The notes: a model not told the origin generated them from the letters alone. Positions 48,644 to 59,674 are shown, counted from the first letter of the stretch. The stretch: DNA of 64,000 nucleotides from Crocinitomicaceae bacterium (GCA_044355195.1 JBIKYP010000002.1:911-64910), one strand, 5' to 3'. Program-made: numbers and translations.

Positions 48644-50980
48644 ATGATAAAAACAATTCTTCGAATCTGTCACCTGGGGCTTCTACTTATTTATTCCGCA
48701 CCTTTTTTTTCTCAGAAATTTACGATAAGTGGCACCATAACTGACTCAATAAAGGGCGAGGCGATTATTAATGCAACCATAAGATTGAAAGGACAACCTA
48801 TAGGAACTCTTTCCAATGAGTATGGATTTTATTCTATCACTTTACCAAAGGAAAAGTATGTTTTGTCGATTATTGCAACAGGTTACAAGCCTAAAGAAAT
48901 TGAAGTAATTCTGGATACAAATAAGCTTTTGGATCTTACAATGCAATCTCTGGCAAACGAGGTAAAACAGATTAGAGAAATAACAATCAAAGCTAAACGA
49001 CCGGATCAAAATGTCAGGGATCCTTTAATGGGTGTGGAGCGAATCACTCCGCAGGCAATTTCAAAAATCCCTATATTATTAGGGGAAAAAGACATTATAA
49101 AAACCTTGCAATTGCTGCCCGGCGTTAAAAGTGCCGGTGAAGGTAACGCAGGGTTTTATGTACGTGGAGGTGCCGCTGATCAAAACTTAATTCTACTGGA
49201 TGAGGCTACAGTTTACAACGCAGCACACTTGTTGGGGTTCTTCTCAACGTTTAACTCAGACGTCATAAAAGATGCCGTTCTGTATAAAGGCAATCAACCG
49301 GCTAATTATGGTGGGCGATTGTCCTCTGTGTTGGATATCAAGATGAATGACGGGAACAATAAGCATTATAATGCAAGTGGTGGGATAGGTTTGATTGCAT
49401 CCCGATTGAATGTTGAAGGGCCGATAGTAAAGGATAAATCATCTTTTCTCATTTCAGGAAGAAGAACCTACATCGATTTATTTTTAAGAGCGTCTGAAAC
49501 ATTTAAGCAGAATACCCTGTTTTTTTACGATTTGAATACCAAATTGAATTATAAAATCAACCCTAAAAATAGAATCTATCTTTCCGGCTATTTTGGTCGC
49601 GATAAATTAGGATTAGGTGATCAGTTTGGTATCGATTGGGGAAATGCAACCGGAACCATAAGGTGGAATCATATTCTAAATGATAAATTGTTTTCGAATA
49701 CTTCATTGATTTTTAGCTCCTATGATTACAAAATTGCCATCAATAACGCAGATGTTCAATTTGATATCACCTCATCAATAAAGGATATCAACCTGAAACA
49801 AGAATTCCAATACTATATCAACACAAGAAATAAGTTAAAATTTGGGTTGAATGCAATGAATCACCGCATTATTCCCGGTCAGATTGATGCAAGTGCCGGA
49901 TCAGGAATTAATCCACTTCGACTAACGAATAACAAATCTTTGGAAGTAGCAGCCTTTATTACAAACGATTTTTCACTTTCAGAAAAACTTAACTTGAGTT
50001 ATGGGGTTCGCTTGAGCACCTTTTCTCTCTTGGGAAATAACACAAACATTTACAGTTATTTCGCCAACGGTGATGTAAGAGACACTATAGTATATCCTAA
50101 TAATGCACTGATAAAAACTTACACGCTCCCTGAGCCTCGGTTGTCTTTTAGTTACGTTTATTCGAAAACAGCATCCTTCAAGGCAGCCTATGCCAGAAAT
50201 GCGCAGTTCATCCATTTAATTTCTAATACAACCACAACCGCACCTACTGATTTATGGATACCTTCTTCCCTAAATACAAAACCTGAAATTGCTGATATGG
50301 TATCTGTAGGATGGTTCAAGAATTTTAGAGACAATATGTTTGAAATGAGTGTTGAAACTTATTACAAAACGATGCAAAATCAGATTGATTATCGAAATGG
50401 TGCAAATCTCCAAGCGAACGACCTTATTGAAGGAGAATTACTTTATGGTATCGGGCGTGCCTATGGGGTGGAATTTGTTCTTAAGAAAAGTTCAGGAAAG
50501 CTCAGCGGTTGGGTGGGTTATACCCTTTCAAGAACGGAACGAAAAATAAATGGAATAAATAACGGGTTGTGGTATGCTGCCAAGCAAGACAGAACTCACG
50601 ATATATCGATTGTAACCATGTATGATATCACGCCAAAGTTAGCTGTATCGGCCCTTTTTGTTTATTACACGGGTAATGCTGTAACTTTTCCCTCGGGAAA
50701 ATATTCGATTAACGGTCAAACACAATTTCTCTACACCGAAAGAAATGGGTACAGAATGCCTGCGTATCACCGACTGGATCTTGGGGTAACCTGGATTCGG
50801 AAACAGACTGAAAAATACGAGAGCAGTTGGAATTTTTCTATCTATAATGCCTATGGTAGAGAGAACGCCTTCACTATCGATTTTCGCCAGAACAAGGACA
50901 ATCCCGATGTTACAGAGGCGGTTCAAACCTCACTTTTTAGATGGGTTCCGGCGATCACCTATAATTTTAAAATCAAATAA
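48644..50980 (+). CDS. TonB-dependent receptor with an N-terminal carboxypeptidase-regulatory-like domain
   Basis: 778 aa with a signal peptide, a CarboxypepD_reg-like FTISGTITDSIKGEAIINATIRL, a plug region (LLPGV..GF.VRGG) and a beta-barrel ending in ...ITYNFKIK. Confidence 0.9.
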   Translation: MIKTILRICHLGLLLIYSAPFFSQKFTISGTITDSIKGEAIINATIRLKGQPIGTLSNEYGFYSITLPKEKYVLSIIATGYKPKEIEVILDTNKLLDLTMQSLANEVKQIREITIKAKRPDQNVRDPLMGVERITPQAISKIPILLGEKDIIKTLQLLPGVKSAGEGNAGFYVRGGAADQNLILLDEATVYNAAHLLGFFSTFNSDVIKDAVLYKGNQPANYGGRLSSVLDIKMNDGNNKHYNASGGIGLIASRLNVEGPIVKDKSSFLISGRRTYIDLFLRASETFKQNTLFFYDLNTKLNYKINPKNRIYLSGYFGRDKLGLGDQFGIDWGNATGTIRWNHILNDKLFSNTSLIFSSYDYKIAINNADVQFDITSSIKDINLKQEFQYYINTRNKLKFGLNAMNHRIIPGQIDASAGSGINPLRLTNNKSLEVAAFITNDFSLSEKLNLSYGVRLSTFSLLGNNTNIYSYFANGDVRDTIVYPNNALIKTYTLPEPRLSFSYVYSKTASFKAAYARNAQFIHLISNTTTTAPTDLWIPSSLNTKPEIADMVSVGWFKNFRDNMFEMSVETYYKTMQNQIDYRNGANLQANDLIEGELLYGIGRAYGVEFVLKKSSGKLSGWVGYTLSRTERKINGINNGLWYAAKQDRTHDISIVTMYDITPKLAVSALFVYYTGNAVTFPSGKYSINGQTQFLYTERNGYRMPAYHRLDLGVTWIRKQTEKYESSWNFSIYNAYGRENAFTIDFRQNKDNPDVTEAVQTSLFRWVPAITYNFKIK

Positions 50981-50981
50981 A

Positions 50982-51746
50982 ATGTTTAAATATACCGTGT
51001 TCTTACTTTTCTTAATCTGTTTCGCTTCCTGTTCGAAGGTGATTGACGTTGATATTAAAAATTCTGTTCCTCAATATGTTGTAGAAGGATATCTTACTGA
51101 AGGAGAGACTACACATCGTGTTTATATTACGAAAACATTGAATTTAGATGACTCGGAAAAATTTCCATCAGTCGACAATGCTTTGGTGACCATTTCAGAC
51201 GATCAGGGTAAAAGTGCTTCAATGACGTTGGTTGAGCCCGGAGTTTATGAAGTATCTAACTTTACGGTATCGCAAGGGAAAACATATGCTTTAACAGTCA
51301 GTATAGATGGAAAACAATTTACGTCAACCCAAAAGATGCCTCTACATGTCGAGATAGATACGCTACAAACATTTGCTTTTTCATTCGGTACGAGTTCTTT
51401 TGTTGCGATTGTTCCAGTTCGTACCGATCCAAAGGGGATAGCCAATTATTATTATTTTGATTTGTATAAAAAAAACAAGAGGTTGGAAGGAATCTACATC
51501 CAGTCGGATCAATTTAATGATGGCAATCAAATGATGGAGCCAATATTTTCAGAGGATGTACAAGCAGGTGACACTATTAAAATGGATATGTATTGCATCG
51601 ATCGAAGTATTTATGATTATTGGTTTACATTGACTCAAAATCAACAAGGTGCCCAACCGGTTAATCCCGTTTCTAATTTTAGTGGAGGATGCCTTGGCTA
51701 TTTCTCTGTTCGAACCAAGAATACTGTTGTTGCAGTCATTCCATGA
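50982..51746 (+). CDS. DUF4249-like lipoprotein (usual partner of this TonB-receptor class)
   Basis: The start at ATG 50982 gives MFKYTVFLLFLICFASCSK (lipobox). It lies 1 bp after the receptor stop. Size and position fit the DUF4249 family as I recall it. Confidence 0.7.
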   Translation: MFKYTVFLLFLICFASCSKVIDVDIKNSVPQYVVEGYLTEGETTHRVYITKTLNLDDSEKFPSVDNALVTISDDQGKSASMTLVEPGVYEVSNFTVSQGKTYALTVSIDGKQFTSTQKMPLHVEIDTLQTFAFSFGTSSFVAIVPVRTDPKGIANYYYFDLYKKNKRLEGIYIQSDQFNDGNQMMEPIFSEDVQAGDTIKMDMYCIDRSIYDYWFTLTQNQQGAQPVNPVSNFSGGCLGYFSVRTKNTVVAVIP

Positions 51747-51814
51747 ACGGATAATAGAAGCGCAAGTCCTTTGTTTCTTGACAAGATGATATTTAAATTT
51801 GCCCATACAAGAAG

Positions 51815-52633
51815 ATGAATAAACAAACACTGATAGATCAAATTAGAAAAAAGAAGTCCTTTTTGTGTGTTGGTTTGGATACCGATGTGGATAAGATACC
51901 AAAACATTTACTGGATACAGAAGACCCCATCTTTGAGTTTAATAAAGGAATCATTGATGCAACGAAGGAGTTTGCCATCGCTTATAAACCAAACATTGCC
52001 TTTTATGAATGTTATGGTCCAAAGGGATGGGAATCGCTGAAAAAAACACTTGATTACATACCAAAGGATATTTTCACGATCGCCGACGCCAAGCGTGGAG
52101 ATATCGGAAATACATCGACGTACTATGCAAAAACGTTTTTTGAGTATCTGGATTTTGATTCGGTGACCGTGGCACCGTATATGGGCAGCGACAGTGTAAC
52201 TCCGTTTCTGGAATTTAAAAATAAATGGGTGATTTTGCTTGCGTTAACTTCCAATGCCGGCGCACTGGATTTTCAGCTGATTAAGAATCACTCCGGTAAG
52301 GAGCTATATAAAAGTGTACTCGAAAAATCGGCCAAATGGGGAACTCCGGAGAACTTAATGTTTGTGGTTGGAGCAACGCATTCTGAAGACATCGCTCAAG
52401 TGAGAAAAGTAGTTCCTGAACATTTCTTTTTGGTTCCGGGTGTTGGAGCACAGGGAGGTACACTTGAGGAAGTCTGCAATTATGGGTGGAATGAGGACTG
52501 TGGCTTGATTGTAAATTCCTCGAGAGCAATAATTTATGCATCAAGTGAACTTGATTTTGCTCAACGTGCCGGTGAAGTAGCGTCTTTACTTCAAGGCGAA
52601 ATGGCATCTATACTCGAACGAAAAGGATTTTAA
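51815..52633 (+). CDS. pyrF: Orotidine-5'-phosphate decarboxylase (type 2)
   Basis: 272 aa with FLCVGLDTD...[11 protein letters not shown]...GVGAQGG. Confidence 0.93.
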   Translation: MNKQTLIDQIRKKKSFLCVGLDTDVDKIPKHLLDTEDPIFEFNKGIIDATKEFAIAYKPNIAFYECYGPKGWESLKKTLDYIPKDIFTIADAKRGDIGNTSTYYAKTFFEYLDFDSVTVAPYMGSDSVTPFLEFKNKWVILLALTSNAGALDFQLIKNHSGKELYKSVLEKSAKWGTPENLMFVVGATHSEDIAQVRKVVPEHFFLVPGVGAQGGTLEEVCNYGWNEDCGLIVNSSRAIIYASSELDFAQRAGEVASLLQGEMASILERKGF

Positions 52634-52745
52634 CATGCATTTGCATGAATTTTTGTTAACAATGCCCCTTTAAAAACTTAATCCGATTCACTGAATAATG
52701 TGTCTTGTGGAGTTCTAATTTTATCCTTGTTATTCTAGGATAAAT

Positions 52746-52952
52746 ATGAAGAAATTTTTACAGGCTCAGAGTCTTCTTATTACCACGCTCGTTCTCGCAA
52801 ATTTAGCCTTGTTATCAAGGTATAATCGCATCGATCTGCAAGAGATGGTGCTGTTTAACCTTTCATTGGGATTACTCTACGTGGCTCTAAGAAGTGCAAT
52901 TGACTTGGTTCGCTCCAAAGGGCTTTCCGAGCATTTTGACGAGCAGATTTAA
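52746..52952 (+). CDS. Small hypothetical membrane protein (68 aa)
   Basis: It has two hydrophobic segments and is followed by a good terminator hairpin. I recognised no homology. Confidence 0.4.
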   Translation: MKKFLQAQSLLITTLVLANLALLSRYNRIDLQEMVLFNLSLGLLYVALRSAIDLVRSKGLSEHFDEQI

Positions 52953-52985
52953 ATTACCCGGTGATTTTTTCAGCCTAATGGATGC

Positions 52986-53008
52986 AAAGTCAGTCCTGAC
53001 TTTTTACG
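52986..53008 (+). terminator. Rho-independent terminator after the 68-aa ORF
   Basis: AAAGTCAG-tc-CTGACTTT is followed by TTT. It is nested inside a second inverted repeat, CAGCCTAA (52971-52978) / TTAGGCTG (53023-53030). Confidence 0.55.
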
Positions 53009-53050
53009 AATTTAAATTAACTTTAGGCTGATTTTTTTAGCGCGCATCGC

Positions 53051-55693
53051 ATGTGGAACAGTATAGCCAACTTTATTCTTAAATTCAGGTTCCTTGTACT
53101 TGGTGCGATAACCCTGCTTACCGTCTATTTGGGCTATTATGCTGTCACGGGTCTCCGGATGGAGAATAAATACGGGATAGTATTACCTAAGAATTCTACA
53201 ACTACTCAAAACTATCGGCTTTTTAAAGAAAATTTCGGAGAAGACGGATCTACTTTTGTAATAGCGGTTCAAACAGATTCGTTATACACAGGAAAAAATT
53301 TTTTAAGATGGAAGGAATTGGGAGATTCCATTTTACAACTCGATGGTGTGGAGTCCGTGATTTCAGAAGCCACATTGTTTAATATTAACAACAACAAGAA
53401 GGAAAATAAATTTGAAATTGAGCGTATTTTTTCAGATGTTACTTATCAGGAAAAATCTGTAGAACAAATTAAAAATGAGATTCGTAGGAATCCATTATAC
53501 AGAAACGTACTTTACAACGATTCGGCACATGTTTCTTTAATGATGGTAGCCATGGACGAGCGCTACCTCAACGATCTCAAAAAATCAGGTGTAGTTTTCA
53601 ATATTCAGGAACTCGCTCACAAATTTTGCGATGAGATGGGCGAAGTGCATTTTGCCGGCTTGCCCTATATCCGAGTTGTATTAGCCAAACGGATTAATAA
53701 AGAAATGTATGTTTTTATTGCCATATCCATGTTGGTAAGTGCGATGTTGATGTACTTCTTTTTCCGCTCTTTCCGGGCGGTATTTATTTGTATGACAGTA
53801 GTGGGTGTCTCCGTCATTCAGGCCATGGGGACGATTGCCCTTATGGGATACAACATCTCTATCATGATGGCTTTGATACCACCACTTATGATAGTTATTG
53901 GAATTCCTAATTGTATCTATCTCTACAATAAGTACCATCAGGAACTTGCCCTTCACGGAAACAAAATGAAAGCGCTGAACCGGGTGGTGAGTAAGACCGG
54001 TATTGCCATGTTTTTGACCAACGTAACTACGGCATTGGGATTTGTTACTTTTTTATTTACCAGTTCTGAGAAATTTTATGAGTTCGGGATGATCTCAACC
54101 ATAAACATTATGCTGTGTTATGTGATTTCCCTATGTCTTGTGCCGGTTTTAGCATCATTTGTCAGAAACACACCTGCTCGCCACCTAAAGCATCTGGATC
54201 GCAAATTAGCGGTAGGTTTCTTAAATAAATTGGTCTATATCACATCCTTTAAGCGTAATTGGGTGTACGTTATTACTGTTGTCGTTACCGTTGTCAGTGG
54301 TATAGGAATGTTTAAAATGAAAGTTACCGGAAACCTTACTGGAGATTTGCCAAAAAATGATCCGATGCTCGAGGATATCCACTTTATGGAGAAAAACTTT
54401 GGGGGTGCCGTACCCTTTGAGGTGATGATATTTTACAAAGAGAAGGGAAGACTTTTCGGTAAAAATACCTTGAGTAAACTAGAAGAGGTACAATCGATGT
54501 TTGCTTCCGATTCCATGTTTTCTAAGTCGATTTCCATTGTCGATTTCGTGAAGGTGGTTAACATGGCCTATTACGATAACAATCCTGACCAATATACATT
54601 AATTGCAAAGAGAGATAAACTTAGACTAAGTAAATACCTGGATAACTTCAGTCTGACTAATAATAACTCATCTTTTTCCATAAAAGATTTGGTGGATACA
54701 TCAAATTACATTTTGCGAGTCAGAACGCAGATGCGAGATGTAGGTTCCTTTCAGGTTTCCGGTAAAGTCGCCAACATCAAACATCAAATAGATCGTATTA
54801 TGAATCCCGATAAGCCTAACATTGAGCGCTTATTTAATAAAATTAACGCCGGCAATAAAGCATATATTGATTCAATGATCTATACGTATCCCAATATTTA
54901 TAATTCATTGACTTCACAAATTGCGGGTCAAAACAAAGAGTTACAGTTTAAATTTGATTCTGATCCTGAATGGATCAAAAAGTACTACGGCCAATCTAAC
55001 TTTAAACAAAAAATTCGCGCGGCTATTGATCATGAATACTACGACGTAGTGTTAACCGGAACTTCTGTTGTGGTGGCGGAAGGCACGGCTTACCTGGTTA
55101 CCAACCTCTTATCCAGTATTCTGTTTGCGGTAATTTCCATTGCTGCGTTGATGAGTTTACTATTTTCTTCACTACGAATGGTGATTGTATCAATGATTCC
55201 AAACCTGATCCCGATGGTTGTTACAGCCGGAATCATGGGTTGGTTTGGTATCCCACTGAAACCTTCTACTTTGTTGATCTTTTCGATAGCGCTAGGAATT
55301 ACAGTGGATAATACCATCCACTTTCTGGCAAGATACCGGCAAGAATTGAAATTCAAGCGATGGGATCTTAAGGACTGCGTGGCTATCTCTATTCAAGAAA
55401 CCGGATTGAGTATCATTTATACATCTGTTATTCTGTTTTTCGGATTTATCGTATTCGTTTTTTCGGATTTTGGGGGAACCCAGGCTTTGGGGTATTTATC
55501 CGCTATCACCTATTTTGTGGCCCTCTTTACAAATCTTGTGTTATTGCCTTGCTTACTCCTTACTCTTGAACGAAGACTTACAAATAAATCGTTTGAAGAG
55601 CCCCTCTTTGAACTTTATGATGAAGAATTGGATTTTGATCTTTTCCAACTGAGAGTTCAGGAAAATCAGGAAAACAAAAAATTAGAAGAATGA
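53051..55693 (+). CDS. MMPL/RND-superfamily transporter (predicted lipid/glycolipid exporter)
   Basis: 880 aa with two blocks of about 6 TM helices, each preceded by a large soluble loop. This is the MMPL/SSD-like topology. Confidence 0.8.
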   Translation: MWNSIANFILKFRFLVLGAITLLTVYLGYYAVTGLRMENKYGIVLPKNSTTTQNYRLFKENFGEDGSTFVIAVQTDSLYTGKNFLRWKELGDSILQLDGVESVISEATLFNINNNKKENKFEIERIFSDVTYQEKSVEQIKNEIRRNPLYRNVLYNDSAHVSLMMVAMDERYLNDLKKSGVVFNIQELAHKFCDEMGEVHFAGLPYIRVVLAKRINKEMYVFIAISMLVSAMLMYFFFRSFRAVFICMTVVGVSVIQAMGTIALMGYNISIMMALIPPLMIVIGIPNCIYLYNKYHQELALHGNKMKALNRVVSKTGIAMFLTNVTTALGFVTFLFTSSEKFYEFGMISTINIMLCYVISLCLVPVLASFVRNTPARHLKHLDRKLAVGFLNKLVYITSFKRNWVYVITVVVTVVSGIGMFKMKVTGNLTGDLPKNDPMLEDIHFMEKNFGGAVPFEVMIFYKEKGRLFGKNTLSKLEEVQSMFASDSMFSKSISIVDFVKVVNMAYYDNNPDQYTLIAKRDKLRLSKYLDNFSLTNNNSSFSIKDLVDTSNYILRVRTQMRDVGSFQVSGKVANIKHQIDRIMNPDKPNIERLFNKINAGNKAYIDSMIYTYPNIYNSLTSQIAGQNKELQFKFDSDPEWIKKYYGQSNFKQKIRAAIDHEYYDVVLTGTSVVVAEGTAYLVTNLLSSILFAVISIAALMSLLFSSLRMVIVSMIPNLIPMVVTAGIMGWFGIPLKPSTLLIFSIALGITVDNTIHFLARYRQELKFKRWDLKDCVAISIQETGLSIIYTSVILFFGFIVFVFSDFGGTQALGYLSAITYFVALFTNLVLLPCLLLTLERRLTNKSFEEPLFELYDEELDFDLFQLRVQENQENKKLEE

Positions 55694-56553
55694 AAGGAAT
55701 AATTCTTGCCGGGGGTTCGGGTACACGTCTCCACCCACTGACGCTTGCCGTTTCCAAACAATTAATGCCTGTTTACGACAAGCCGATGATTTATTATCCG
55801 CTATCGACTTTAATGAGTGCAGGTATACGTGATATATTGATTATATCTACACCGCACGATATTTCCAGTTTTGAAAAGTTGCTGGGTGATGGATCTGCCC
55901 TTGGATGTTCTTTTTCTTATGCAGTCCAGCAAGTTCCAAATGGGCTGGCGCAAGCATTCGTAATTGGCGAATCATTCATTGGAGATGACAAAGTAGCTCT
56001 TATACTGGGAGATAATATTTTTTACGGTGCAGGAATGGGTAACCTTTTAAAGGAAAACAATGATCCGGAAGGGGGTGTCGTGTATGCTTATCATGTCAGC
56101 GATCCTGAACGATATGGCGTGGTTGAATTTGATGAGAATATGAATGCTGTTTCGGTTGAGGAAAAACCTTCTCGACCTAAATCCAATTATGCTATTCCCG
56201 GGTTGTACTTTTATGACAATTCCGTGGTAGAAATTGCGATGAACCTCAAACCCTCGGCACGCGGGGAATATGAAATTACCGATGTAAATGCGGAGTATCT
56301 GAAAAGAGGAAGCTTAAAGGTTGCTGTATTGAATCGCGGTACGGCATGGTTAGATACGGGAACGTTCAGTTCCCTAATGCAAGCCGGTCAATTTGTGCAA
56401 GTAATCGAGGAGCGTCAAGGTCTAAAGATTGGGTGCATCGAAGAAGTGGCTTTCAGGAACGGGTTTATTTCTTCTGAGCAACTGAAAGAAATTGCAGAAC
56501 CGCTTGTTAAAAGCGGCTACGGAAACTACCTGATGAACCTCATCAAAGGATAA
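55690..56553 (+). CDS. rfbA: Glucose-1-phosphate thymidylyltransferase RmlA
   Basis: 287 aa with [11 protein letters not shown]...[14 protein letters not shown]. It has an ATGA overlap with the transporter gene. Confidence 0.95.
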   Translation: MKGIILAGGSGTRLHPLTLAVSKQLMPVYDKPMIYYPLSTLMSAGIRDILIISTPHDISSFEKLLGDGSALGCSFSYAVQQVPNGLAQAFVIGESFIGDDKVALILGDNIFYGAGMGNLLKENNDPEGGVVYAYHVSDPERYGVVEFDENMNAVSVEEKPSRPKSNYAIPGLYFYDNSVVEIAMNLKPSARGEYEITDVNAEYLKRGSLKVAVLNRGTAWLDTGTFSSLMQAGQFVQVIEERQGLKIGCIEEVAFRNGFISSEQLKEIAEPLVKSGYGNYLMNLIKG

Positions 56554-57521
56554 TGAAAGAATTTGATGAAACACTTAAAAAGATCGAAAGTGAGCTTTTG
56601 TCTATACCGTTTCCCGATGAACCGAGCAACCTGTATGATCCATTAAGGTATTTCCTAGCGCTTGGCGGAAAGCGTGTTCGTCCGGCACTTACACTCATGG
56701 CTACGGAAGTGTTCGGTGTTAGTTCAATCAAATCGTTAAATGCGGCCTTGGCAGTAGAAGTATTTCACAATTTCTCCCTGATCCATGATGACATTATGGA
56801 CGAAGCACCATTGCGCCGGAACAAACAAACCGTTCATGAAAGGTGGGGAAATAGTGTTGCCATACTTTCCGGAGATGTCCTGCTGGTCAAGGCGTATGAA
56901 TTGCTGGCAAAACAGGAAGCACGTCATCTCGCCGATCTGTTGAATCTGTTTAACAAAACTGCAGTTGAAGTGTGCGAAGGACAACAAATGGATATGGACT
57001 TCGAATCGCGATCTGATGTTACAATTCCTGAATATATCGAAATGATCCGTCTTAAAACTTCGGTATTATTGGGCTGCGCATTGGAGCTAGGTGCGATCAT
57101 CGCGGACGCATCTCAAGAGGATAGACAACATCTAAATGCGTTTGGCCAAAATATCGGAATAGCTTTTCAAATACAAGACGACATTCTTGACCTGTTTGCC
57201 GATCCGGAAAAATTCGGAAAACAGGTGGGAGGAGATGTGATTGCCAATAAAAAAACATTGTTGAACTTGAAGGCTCTGGAAATGGCTTCCGGTGAACAAT
57301 TAATGGAATTACATAACCTGGCAACCGAAAGAGATTATATCAAAAAAGTGTCTCGAACACGAGAAATCTATGAAGCAATCGGCGTTCGAAATTTTTGTCA
57401 ATCTCTTATGCAAGAACAATACGATACCGCAATGCGGGCCTTGGATCTAATTGATTGTAGTTCAAGTCAAAAGTTGCCTTTGATTCATTTGGCTGATTTG
57501 CTCATGAACAGAGAACAGTAG
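56553..57521 (+). CDS. Polyprenyl diphosphate synthase (trans-IPPS family)
   Basis: 322 aa with FARM LIHDDIMD and SARM FQIQDDILD. It has a TAATG overlap with rfbA. Confidence 0.9.
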   Translation: MKEFDETLKKIESELLSIPFPDEPSNLYDPLRYFLALGGKRVRPALTLMATEVFGVSSIKSLNAALAVEVFHNFSLIHDDIMDEAPLRRNKQTVHERWGNSVAILSGDVLLVKAYELLAKQEARHLADLLNLFNKTAVEVCEGQQMDMDFESRSDVTIPEYIEMIRLKTSVLLGCALELGAIIADASQEDRQHLNAFGQNIGIAFQIQDDILDLFADPEKFGKQVGGDVIANKKTLLNLKALEMASGEQLMELHNLATERDYIKKVSRTREIYEAIGVRNFCQSLMQEQYDTAMRALDLIDCSSSQKLPLIHLADLLMNREQ

Positions 57522-57580
57522 CCATTTTTTGTAAAGGAACATCCACTCATACCCCATCACAGGGATTTAAATCCTCGTAT

Positions 57581-57653
57581 GTTCAAAAGTTCAACCCGTT
57601 GCGCTTTTTGAACGCCGTAGGCATTTGAACTCTTGAACGCGAAGCATTTGAAC
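57581..57653. repeat. Cluster of TTGAAC/GTTCAA hexamer repeats in a convergent intergenic region
   Basis: GTTCAA occurs at 57581 and 57589. TTGAAC occurs at 57608, 57625, 57633 and 57648, three of them extended to TTGAACGC. GCATTTGAAC occurs twice, at 57621 and 57644. Confidence 0.8.
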
Positions 57654-57724
57654 GCTGCAGGCAAGAGTGCAAGGTGCAATGGATCATCAATTTCTCACTA
57701 ATCACTATGGTCTCAAAATCCAAC

Positions 57725-58816
57725 CTACTTCTTAAAGAATTCCGGACTTCCCGCTTCTGCTGATTGGAGGTAATTCTTAAGTTCCTGCTCATTCTCGGCT
57801 TTGAGTACCATAAACATGTTCTCAGATTCTACAACGATGTAGTTGGTGAGTCCATCAAGTAATACGAGTTTATCATCCGAAACATTTACCAGACAATTCT
57901 TTGATCCAAACAAATGCACATGTTTTCCGATTGCGGCATTTCCATCCGTGTCTTTGTTGAGGTGTGTATTCAAACTTCCCCAGGTGCCAAGGTCGCTCCA
58001 ATCGAAGTCTGCCAGAACCACATCAATGTTTTTTGCATGTTCCATGATGGCAAAGTCAACTGAAATATCTTTACACGCATGAAACGCAGCGTTCACCTTT
58101 TCTTGTTCTGATGGTGTATTGTAATCTGTTAGGTCTCCTGCAAATAAGTTGTAGAGTTCTGGTTCAAATTCTTTGAGGGCACTCAGAACGGTCGCTGTTT
58201 TCCAAACAAAAATTCCCGAGTTCCAGTAGAAATTACCGCTTTGTAAAAAAGACTCGGCTGTTTTGAGATCAGGCTTTTCGCGAAACTGGATAATCGGGGT
58301 TACGGATCCTGCCACAATATTCTTTTCATTCGAAAATTCAATGTATCCATAACCAGTATCTGGCCGACTTGGCTGTATTCCTAACGTTACCAGACGAACT
58401 TCTTCGTTTGCACGATTTATTGCCGTATGAATGATTTCCGAAAAGCGTTGCTCTCGAACGATGAGGTGATCGGCAGGTGATATAACCATGGTTGCATCAG
58501 GGTTCAGATCGTGAATCTTGGCTGCTGCATAGGCGATACACGGCGCCGTATTCTTACGTATCGGTTCGGTCAGGATTTGCCCATACGTGAGGTCGGGCAA
58601 TTGTTCTTTGACAATTGTCGCATAACTCTCATTCGTTAACACGTAAATATTTTCTTTCGGAGCGATCAGTAATAAGCGCTCATAAGTCATCTGAATCAGG
58701 GATTTGCCTGTTCCTAGCACATCTAGAAATTGCTTTGGTTTCTGTGGGGTCGACATTGGCCAGAAGCGACTTCCGACACCACCTGCCATGATTACGCAGT
58801 AATTATTGCTTTTCAT
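57725..58816 (-). CDS. Mannose-1-phosphate guanylyltransferase (NTP-transferase domain only)
   Basis: 363 aa with VIMAGGVGSRFWPMS...PKQF and the later FREKP motif. Confidence 0.85.
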   Translation of the reverse strand: MKSNNYCVIMAGGVGSRFWPMSTPQKPKQFLDVLGTGKSLIQMTYERLLLIAPKENIYVLTNESYATIVKEQLPDLTYGQILTEPIRKNTAPCIAYAAAKIHDLNPDATMVISPADHLIVREQRFSEIIHTAINRANEEVRLVTLGIQPSRPDTGYGYIEFSNEKNIVAGSVTPIIQFREKPDLKTAESFLQSGNFYWNSGIFVWKTATVLSALKEFEPELYNLFAGDLTDYNTPSEQEKVNAAFHACKDISVDFAIMEHAKNIDVVLADFDWSDLGTWGSLNTHLNKDTDGNAAIGKHVHLFGSKNCLVNVSDDKLVLLDGLTNYIVVESENMFMVLKAENEQELKNYLQSAEAGSPEFFKK

Positions 58817-59454
58817 TTTTCATTGTTGATCGGTCGAACTTCAGCCAGAGCATTTACGAGGTAGGATCGGTCGGAATAAACTTCCTGACAAACAAATCGC
58901 TTTCTGCGCAATGCCCCTTTGATGAACTGTCGTCCGTTGAGTTCAAATGTAGTGTTTTTGGGTAATTGTTCTAATAGCACAATACCTTCCTTTGGTCGGT
59001 CGTATGTTTTCAATACACGAGAAAGTTGATGGTCAGTACACGAGGAAGCTTTCGTATTGGTCAGAGAATGCACGAGTGCGTGCTCAATATCTTTAGGAAG
59101 TTGACCGCTGTTGATAGCAGGCAAAAGCAAATTACGGTATGCTGTTTTCCACTCTTCGCCATGCGGAAGAACCTTGTTTCGATATTTTTCAAACGTGTGC
59201 AAATGTGCAAATTCGTGTAAAGTGGTCACCAAAAATGCATAGGGATTCAAGTCGCCATTGACCGTGATCCGGTGTTTATCACCATTTATTCCCGCACGAA
59301 AATCACCCAGTTTTGTCGCCCGACCATTCACGATCTTAAACCGCAACGGATGATTCAGAAATAGATCTACAACCATTTCCACAAAAGGTTCCGGAAGGTA
59401 CTTCTTGAAGGCTTCTGTTACTGCATCCTTTCGTTTGATTGGCTTTAGGGGCAT
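58813..59454 (-). CDS. SprT-like zinc-metalloprotease-domain protein
   Basis: 213 aa with TLHEFAHL (HExxH) in an SprT-like context. It has a 4-bp overlap with the downstream guanylyltransferase gene. Confidence 0.7.
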   Translation of the reverse strand: MPLKPIKRKDAVTEAFKKYLPEPFVEMVVDLFLNHPLRFKIVNGRATKLGDFRAGINGDKHRITVNGDLNPYAFLVTTLHEFAHLHTFEKYRNKVLPHGEEWKTAYRNLLLPAINSGQLPKDIEHALVHSLTNTKASSCTDHQLSRVLKTYDRPKEGIVLLEQLPKNTTFELNGRQFIKGALRRKRFVCQEVYSDRSYLVNALAEVRPINNEK

Positions 59455-59620
59455 ACTGTAAATTTAGATTCATTACGTCAAGTTAACTTCTCAACCTGAT
59501 AAAGTTTTTCAGAAGGAGATTGTTGATTCTGATTAAGGATTTATTTCCTTGTTGGACCAAAAACTGCAAGAGCTAAAATTCCCAAATTCGTTTGGCGCGA
59601 GTTGGAGCGTGAGAGTGTAG

Positions 59621-59670
59621 AAAAAACCAGAGTTCGGAACAACGCTCTCGCTCTGTTTCTCACTCTGGTT
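59621..59670 (-). terminator. Probable terminator after tRNA-Leu (9-bp stem, long loop)
   Basis: On the minus strand, AACCAGAGT...ACTCTGGTT is followed by a T run. A second repeat pair is interleaved with it. Confidence 0.4.
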
Positions 59671-59674
59671 TTTG

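Noticed and set aside
52634-52655. CATGCA-TT-TGCATG palindrome after pyrF as a terminator
   Set aside because: Only a 5-bp stem is feasible once a minimal loop is allowed. It is possibly a weak terminator but too marginal to annotate.
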